Virus record (IMG/VR): IMGVR_UViG_2744054976_000016
DNA: 3,205 nucleotides
Direction: 5' to 3' (one strand)
Source: a virus
Taxonomy: Duplodnaviria; Heunggongvirae; Uroviricota; Caudoviricetes
Part shown: piece after piece, positions 1 to 3,205 of the stretch
Numbering within the stretch: the stretch's first letter is position 1
How the letters are laid out: each line of letters opens with the position of its first letter
Position numbers and translations under genes: made by a program
Notes under the pieces: model-generated
What the model saw: only the letters and a program-made list of their open reading frames with translations
Told to the model about the DNA's origin: nothing
Databases searched by the model: none

Positions 1-189
1 AAATTTTTCCGACTCCTGATTGAGCAGCTCGACTATCTCCACGCGGGATAACTCCGCCTTTGTGATGTGGCGAATCATGGCATCAAGATGAGAAGAAAAG
101 CGCGTCGCAGCGTCGGCCTGTGCTTCGGTTCTGGCCTGTTGCAGCAGTAATGCGTATTTACCGCACTGATTTTCAGAAACTGTATGCAT
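1..189 (-). CDS. Partial CDS (first 63 codons, continues past window start): early-operon protein of unknown function, in the position of the small ORFs that follow gene B in P2
   Basis: Minus-strand ATG at 189-187 with GGAG (plus 196-199) 6 nt upstream. I translated the frame by hand: [63 protein letters not shown], no stop through position 1. Absent from the ORF track because it runs off the window. Function not recognisable from 63 residues. Confidence 0.45.
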   Translation of the reverse strand, partial: MHTVSENQCGKYALLLQQARTEAQADAATRFSSHLDAMIRHITKAELSRVEIVELLNQESEKF

Positions 190-252
190 AACTTTCTCCA
201 GGCAAAAAGAAGCCCCGCACGATTAAGTGCGTTAAAAACTCTGGTTAATTAC

Positions 253-789
253 TTAATGCAGATATTGCTCTGGTTTTACCGACGTCAGAATTGTCGGTGC
301 ATACTCAAACAGGCTGAATAATTCACGTAATGCACGGAATAAAGCATCACGCCAGTAACATGACTCTTCATTAATTCGCCAGTATGGCTGGTTAAATTCT
401 TTTTCAGTCAATCCGGCATGCATAAATAAAGTACGACGCTGACTGACTGTTAAGAAACTAATATATGCATACTCACTTGCACCAACCTGACGACGTTTTG
501 AGAATGCCCCACGCAATTCATCAATTGCACATACCAGTCGTTCACGTTCGACGTCGTTCATTTCTTCAAAACGCATCGTTGCGTGACGCTGTTTTAACTG
601 CGCATGAAAGCAAACTGTTAGCCGTTCGCGCTCCATCATCTGATTATAATAATCACATGTATCCTGCCAGCGAGGAACGGCAAGATGCTTACCAATTATC
701 CGGCGCATAGCNNNNNNNNNNNNTGATGGTGAAGTCAATCGCCCTGGGGCTTTCGTTACGCAATAACTGAGCAATACAACGAGGCTCAT
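253..789 (-). CDS. Early-operon ORF at the P2 orf78/B position (putative replication protein B-like); frame interrupted by a 12-N gap, so N-terminus and true length are uncertain
   Basis: Immediately downstream of cox on the same strand (cox stop 804-806, ATG 789-787, GGAG at plus 800-803). Long open frame after the gap (AMRRIIGKHLAVPRWQ...EQYLH). The N run at 712-723 falls inside it. An alternative ATG at 793-791 gives a different pre-gap frame (MNEPRCIAQLLRNESPRAIDFTI) and an in-frame ATG lies at 708-706. Assignment to B is by synteny only; I do not recognise the sequence. Confidence 0.5.
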   Translation of the reverse strand: MSLVVLLSYCVTKAPGRLTSPSXXXXAMRRIIGKHLAVPRWQDTCDYYNQMMERERLTVCFHAQLKQRHATMRFEEMNDVERERLVCAIDELRGAFSKRRQVGASEYAYISFLTVSQRRTLFMHAGLTEKEFNQPYWRINEESCYWRDALFRALRELFSLFEYAPTILTSVKPEQYLH

Positions 790-803
790 TCATACGGTTC
801 TCC

Positions 804-1079
804 TTAACGTGGTTCACCGAGACCTAACCACATCAACCAGCCGTCACGAATCTCTTTAGGTCGGCTTTCATAAGCCAGTTTTAGTCCGTTATTCCATGCC
901 GGAAGGTATACCCAATATTCACCTGCACGACCTGAAGCTGATTGTGGATCGGTCATATCAATTACAGGCAGCTTTCCTTTATCGATCATCCGACGAACCG
1001 CTCCTGTCGATTTTCCTATTAGTTTTGCGAACTCCTGATAAGGAATCGCATCAGTCATGAGTGTTACTTGCTTGCTCAT
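804..1079 (-). CDS. cox: Cox: small DNA-binding protein that represses Pc and acts as the excision directionality factor in P2
   Basis: 91 aa, MSKQVTLMTDAIPYQEFAKLIGKSTGAVRRMIDKGKLPVIDMT..., which I recognise as P2 Cox. AGAGGA Shine-Dalgarno just upstream of the ATG at 1079-1077. Divergent from C across a 114-bp switch region. Confidence 0.85.
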   Translation of the reverse strand: MSKQVTLMTDAIPYQEFAKLIGKSTGAVRRMIDKGKLPVIDMTDPQSASGRAGEYWVYLPAWNNGLKLAYESRPKEIRDGWLMWLGLGEPR

Positions 1080-1093
1080 GTCGTCCTCTAGCC

Positions 1094-1122
1094 CTCATGA
1101 ATTGCGTTTAATGTCTTATAAT
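1094..1122 (+). promoter_or_regulatory. Candidate Pc promoter (lysogenic promoter for C and int): perfect -10 TATAAT at 1117-1122, poor -35
   Basis: TATAAT at 1117-1122 on the plus strand upstream of C. No good -35 at 16-18 bp spacing (CTCATG at 1094-1099). The predicted start near 1129-1130 would overlap the Pe transcript by about 35 nt, as described for the face-to-face P2 promoters. Confidence 0.4.
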
Positions 1123-1140
1123 GCCTTTTAGTGCCCACAT
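1103..1140. promoter_or_regulatory. Cox-box-like tandem direct repeats overlapping Pc
   Basis: Units TGCGTTTAA (1103-1111), TGTCTTATAA (1112-1121), TGCCTTTTA (1122-1130) and TGCCCACAT (1132-1140) at about 10-bp periodicity. The reverse complement of the first, TTAAACGCA, fits the Cox box consensus TTAAA(G/C)NCA as I recall it. The repeats cover the Pc -10. Confidence 0.45.
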
Positions 1141-1160
1141 CCAAGCACTAAACAATCTAC

Positions 1161-1190
1161 ATCTAAACTAAATACTATTGAGATCTAAAC
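1161..1190. promoter_or_regulatory. C repressor operator: two perfect 8-bp direct repeats ATCTAAAC (1161-1168 and 1183-1190), 22 bp start to start, flanking the Pe -10
   Basis: Exact direct repeat seen in the sequence. The arrangement matches the described P2 operator (O1/O2 direct repeats two helical turns apart around the -10 of Pe). Confidence 0.6.
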
Positions 1191-1200
1191 ACCATGTCAA
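1172..1200 (-). promoter_or_regulatory. Pe early promoter (drives cox and the early operon): -35 TTGACA (plus 1195-1200), 17-bp spacer, -10 TAGTAT (plus 1172-1177)
   Basis: Read on the minus strand: consensus -35 TTGACA, 17-bp spacer, 4/6 match -10. The -35 overlaps the C start codon and the -10 lies between the two operator repeats. Predicted start near 1165. Confidence 0.6.
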
Positions 1201-1493
1201 ACACGATAAGCGAGAAGATAGTCTTAATGCGAAAATCAGAGTATTTGAGCAGACAACAACTTGCTGATTTAACAGGGGTTCCGTATGGCACGCTGAGTTA
1301 CTATGAAAGTGGTCGTTCAACACCTCCAACAGATGTCATGATGAACATCCTGCAGACCCCACAATTCACCAAATACACTTTATGGTTCATGACCAATCAG
1401 ATCGCTCCTGAGTCCGGGCAAATTGCGCCCGCTCTCGCACACTTTGGGCAAAACGAAACAACGTCGCCCCACTCCGGTCAAAAGACTGGTTAA
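1194..1493 (+). CDS. C: C immunity repressor (HTH, Cro/CI-XRE type); has no LexA-like cleavage domain
   Basis: 99 aa, MSNTISEKIVLMRKSEYLSRQQLADLTGVPYGTLSYYESGRS..., with a clear helix-turn-helix (QQLADLTGVPYGTLSYYE). I recognise the sequence and length as P2 C. Sits between cox and int. Confidence 0.85.
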   Translation: MSNTISEKIVLMRKSEYLSRQQLADLTGVPYGTLSYYESGRSTPPTDVMMNILQTPQFTKYTLWFMTNQIAPESGQIAPALAHFGQNETTSPHSGQKTG

Positions 1494-1608
1494 CAATTCA
1501 TCGTGAATATATTCATCACAAGTGCCTACTATTGGTGGCTAAATTTCAGCCACCACGAAAAAAGCGATTAGTAGTCGCAAAAAAACACACCACTCGGAGG
1601 GTTTTCTG

Positions 1609-2622
1609 ATGGCAATCAAAAAACTCGATGATGGTCGATATGAAGTGGACATCCGCCCTACTGGACGTAATGGAAAACGCATCCGTAGGAAGTTTGATAA
1701 GAAAAGCGAAGCTGTCGCTTTCGAGAAATACACGTTGTACAACCACCACAATAAAGAATGGCTATCAAAACCAACAGACAAGCGACGTCTGTCGGAGCTG
1801 ACACAGATCTGGTGGGATTTAAAGGGTAAACACGAAGAGCATGGGAAATCTAATCTTGGAAAAATTGAAATCTTCACAAAAATAACGAATGACCCATGCG
1901 CATTTCAAATTACGAAATCGCTTATCAGCCAGTACTGCGCCACCCGAAGAAGTCAGGGTATTAAACCTTCGAGTATCAATCGTGATTTAACATGTATTAG
2001 CGGCATGTTTACAGCCCTGATTGAAGCGGAGTTATTCTTTGGTGAGCACCCTATCAGAGGGACAAAAAGGCTTAAGGAGGAAAAACCAGACACAGGCTAT
2101 CTCACGCAGGAAGAAATTGCCTTACTGCTTGCTGCTCTTGACGGCGACAACAAAAAGATTGCGATTCTTTGCCTGAGTACTGGAGCACGTTGGGGAGAAG
2201 CAGCTCGTTTGAAAGCAGAAAATATCATCCATAACCGCGTCACGTTTGTTAAAACGAAAACAAACAAACCACGCACCGTCCCGATCTCAGAGGCTGTTGC
2301 CAAAATGATCGCGGATAACAAACGAGGTTTTTTATTCCCTGATGCTGATTACCCTCGCTTCAGACGAACAATGAAAGCAATAAAACCGGATTTGCCAATG
2401 GGGCAAGCCACACATGCACTAAGGCACAGCTTTGCCACTCATTTCATGATTAATGGAGGAAGTATTATCACGCTACAACGGATACTAGGTCACACGCGGA
2501 TTGAGCAAACTATGGTTTACGCTCATTTTGCGCCAGAGTACCTTCAGGACGCCATTTCTCTTAATCCGCTAAGAGGTGGTACTGAGGCCGAGAGTGTCCA
2601 CACAGTGTCCACAGTAGAGTAA
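1609..2622 (+). CDS. int: Int, P2-family tyrosine integrase (site-specific recombinase)
   Basis: 337 aa. N-terminal arm-binding region MAIKKLDDGRYEVDIRPTGRNGKRIRRKF. Catalytic signature intact: R in STGARWGE, H-x-x-R in HALRHSF, H in LGHTR, nucleophilic Tyr in TMVYAH (codon 2518-2520). GGAGGG Shine-Dalgarno at 1596-1601, 7 nt before the ATG. Lies directly upstream of the att core. Confidence 0.95.
   Translation: MAIKKLDDGRYEVDIRPTGRNGKRIRRKFDKKSEAVAFEKYTLYNHHNKEWLSKPTDKRRLSELTQIWWDLKGKHEEHGKSNLGKIEIFTKITNDPCAFQITKSLISQYCATRRSQGIKPSSINRDLTCISGMFTALIEAELFFGEHPIRGTKRLKEEKPDTGYLTQEEIALLLAALDGDNKKIAILCLSTGARWGEAARLKAENIIHNRVTFVKTKTNKPRTVPISEAVAKMIADNKRGFLFPDADYPRFRRTMKAIKPDLPMGQATHALRHSFATHFMINGGSIITLQRILGHTRIEQTMVYAHFAPEYLQDAISLNPLRGGTEAESVHTVSTVE
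2593..2613. repeat. Tandem direct repeat AGTGTCCACA x2 (2593-2602 and 2604-2613) inside the last codons of int; candidate Int arm-type binding sites
   Basis: Perfect 10-bp units one nucleotide apart, about 90-110 bp from the core. Reverse complement TGTGGACACT resembles the P2 Int arm-site consensus as I recall it (TGTGGACA). They encode the repetitive C-terminus SVHTVSTVE. Confidence 0.5.
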
Positions 2623-2701
2623 CGTTTAAGGGCTTTCAGTGGTAATTTATGCCGCTCAAACCCGCATTGTACCGTTGAAAGCCCCTACTGGTGACACCCT
2701 A

Positions 2702-2728
2702 AATCTCCCTTACACGGGCTTATTTTTT
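2702..2728. other. P2 att core (27 bp), AATCTCCCTTACACGGGCTTATTTTTT on the plus strand; its top-strand sequence equals the 3' terminator end of the CyaR sRNA
   Basis: Exact reverse complement of the P2 core AAAAAATAAGCCCGTGTAAGGGAGATT as I remember it, about 80 bp after the int stop. Sequence to the left is phage (int, arm repeats); sequence to the right is AT-rich flank without phage genes. Confidence 0.8.
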
Positions 2729-2792
2729 TATGCATAAGCCCTATCTCTGGTAACCGTCTTCCATTGACCACATCGATAGAATCCTCCTTCAT

Positions 2793-2825
2793 AGCACGAT
2801 GCCTTTCACTTATCGGCATCGTGCT
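2793..2825. repeat. Perfect 11-bp inverted repeat AGCACGATGCC / GGCATCGTGCT with an 11-nt spacer (stem-loop); function unknown
   Basis: Seen directly: 2793-2803 is the exact reverse complement of 2815-2825. No U-tract follows on either strand. Lies in the host flank between the att core and the lipoprotein gene stop. Confidence 0.6.
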
Positions 2826-2887
2826 CCCACAGGTTCCGGCTACGCACAGCCAGAACGCGCATATTTGACGCTTACCAAAAAATATTC

Positions 2888-3205
2888 TCACTCTCCACAT
2901 TTGAATGTCAGACGAGCGACACCATGTAATCCTACACCTTCTGTCTTCAGCTCAACTATTTGCATTTTTTTGCCCTGAGTAACACAGAAATGAGTTGCAT
3001 CATTTTTTACTATATTTTCTGCACCAGATATTCTACCCCTGGCTAAAGAAGCTTCGGCTTCGGTGTAGTATTGGTTATCGAGTTTACGCTGAATATTACT
3101 TTTATATGCAAGACCAAATTTACCGATACTTGTCTCATCATTATGCACAGCACAACCAGACATAATAAAAATACTAATTAATGATATAGCAGCTATCTTT
3201 TTCAT
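2888..3205 (-). CDS. Small predicted lipoprotein (105 aa), likely the host gene flanking the att site; possibly yegR by synteny and length
   Basis: Minus-strand ORF starting at the window edge: MKKIAAISLISIFIMSGC has a basic N-terminus, hydrophobic core and a lipobox-like MSGC with Cys at +1. Visibly AT-rich compared with the phage side. In E. coli K-12 the gene next to the cyaR/P2 remnant locus on this side is yegR (105 aa as I recall), but I cannot confirm the sequence from memory. Confidence 0.65.
   Translation of the reverse strand: MKKIAAISLISIFIMSGCAVHNDETSIGKFGLAYKSNIQRKLDNQYYTEAEASLARGRISGAENIVKNDATHFCVTQGKKMQIVELKTEGVGLHGVARLTFKCGE

Larger units (their letters stand above)
1..2728. 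mobile_element. P2-type prophage, integrase-proximal end (early operon, immunity switch, int, att core); the prophage continues beyond the window start
   Basis: Gene order cox(-) / C(+) / int(+) / att core, with product lengths 91, 99 and 337 aa equal to P2 Cox, C and Int as I recall them. The 27-bp core sits directly after int. No ogr and no second set of arm repeats to the right of the core, so this is a prophage-host junction rather than attP. Confidence 0.85.

Noticed and set aside
465-710. Plus-strand ORF of 81 aa from the track
   Set aside because: Entirely antisense to the B-like early-operon ORF, with no RBS and a composition typical of a shadow frame.
712-723. N run as a biological feature
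   Set aside because: A run of exactly 12 N is an assembly or masking artefact and carries no sequence information.
1539-1877. Minus-strand ORFs of 112 aa and 67 aa (the second at 1546-1749) from the track
   Set aside because: Antisense to the int N-terminal coding region and the C-int spacer. The int frame encodes a recognisable integrase, so these are shadow ORFs.
2097-2321. Minus-strand ORF of 74 aa from the track
   Set aside because: Lies inside int on the opposite strand; int carries the conserved catalytic motifs, so this is a shadow frame.
2702-2742. Core region as a canonical rho-independent terminator in its own right
   Set aside because: The upstream half of the CyaR terminator stem is missing at this junction. 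Only a 6-bp long-range pairing with a large interior loop precedes the T-run, so any terminator activity is speculative; noted under findings rather than annotated.
2685-2900. Minus-strand ORF of 71 aa spanning the att core, considered as a possible ogr
   Set aside because: It runs through the att core and the 11-bp hairpin and overlaps the 3' end of the lipoprotein gene. It has no paired CxxC zinc-finger motifs expected of Ogr and no RBS, so it is most likely non-coding.
2623-3205. Possibility that this is an unintegrated phage attP rather than a prophage junction
   Set aside because: No ogr-like gene and no second set of TGTGGACA-type arm repeats to the right of the core; the flank is AT-rich and encodes a lipoprotein instead.
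1-3205. Anti-phage defence system, toxin-antitoxin pair, CRISPR array or other novel cargo in this window
   Set aside because: No repeat-spacer arrays and no unexplained multi-gene cassette. All sizeable ORFs belong to the P2 immunity/integration module or the host flank. As far as I recall, the variable cargo loci of P2-like phages (the old/tin and Z/fun regions) lie elsewhere in the prophage.

Overview
This window is the integrase-proximal end of a P2-type temperate prophage and its junction with host DNA. Reading left to right: (1) the first 63 codons of a minus-strand early-operon gene that runs off the window start; (2) a minus-strand early-operon ORF at the P2 orf78/B position, interrupted by a 12-N assembly gap; (3) cox on the minus strand (91 aa); (4) the face-to-face Pe/Pc immunity switch with Cox-box-like repeats and two ATCTAAAC operator repeats; (5) the C repressor (99 aa) and int (337 aa, tyrosine recombinase) on the plus strand; (6) tandem arm-type repeats in the last codons of int, then the 27-bp att core at 2702-2728; (7) AT-rich host flank with a perfect 11-bp hairpin and a small lipoprotein gene on the minus strand. 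The Cox, C and Int sequences and lengths match phage P2 as I remember it, but I could not run a database search to confirm. I do not see an undescribed multi-gene system here: every sizeable ORF is accounted for by the P2 immunity/integration module or the host flank, and the known P2 cargo hotspots lie outside this window. The findings are therefore modest: the att core duplicating the 3' end of the CyaR sRNA, dual-use coding/arm-site repeats, an unexplained hairpin in the host flank, structured C-int spacer, and an assembly gap that obscures the orf78/B boundary.
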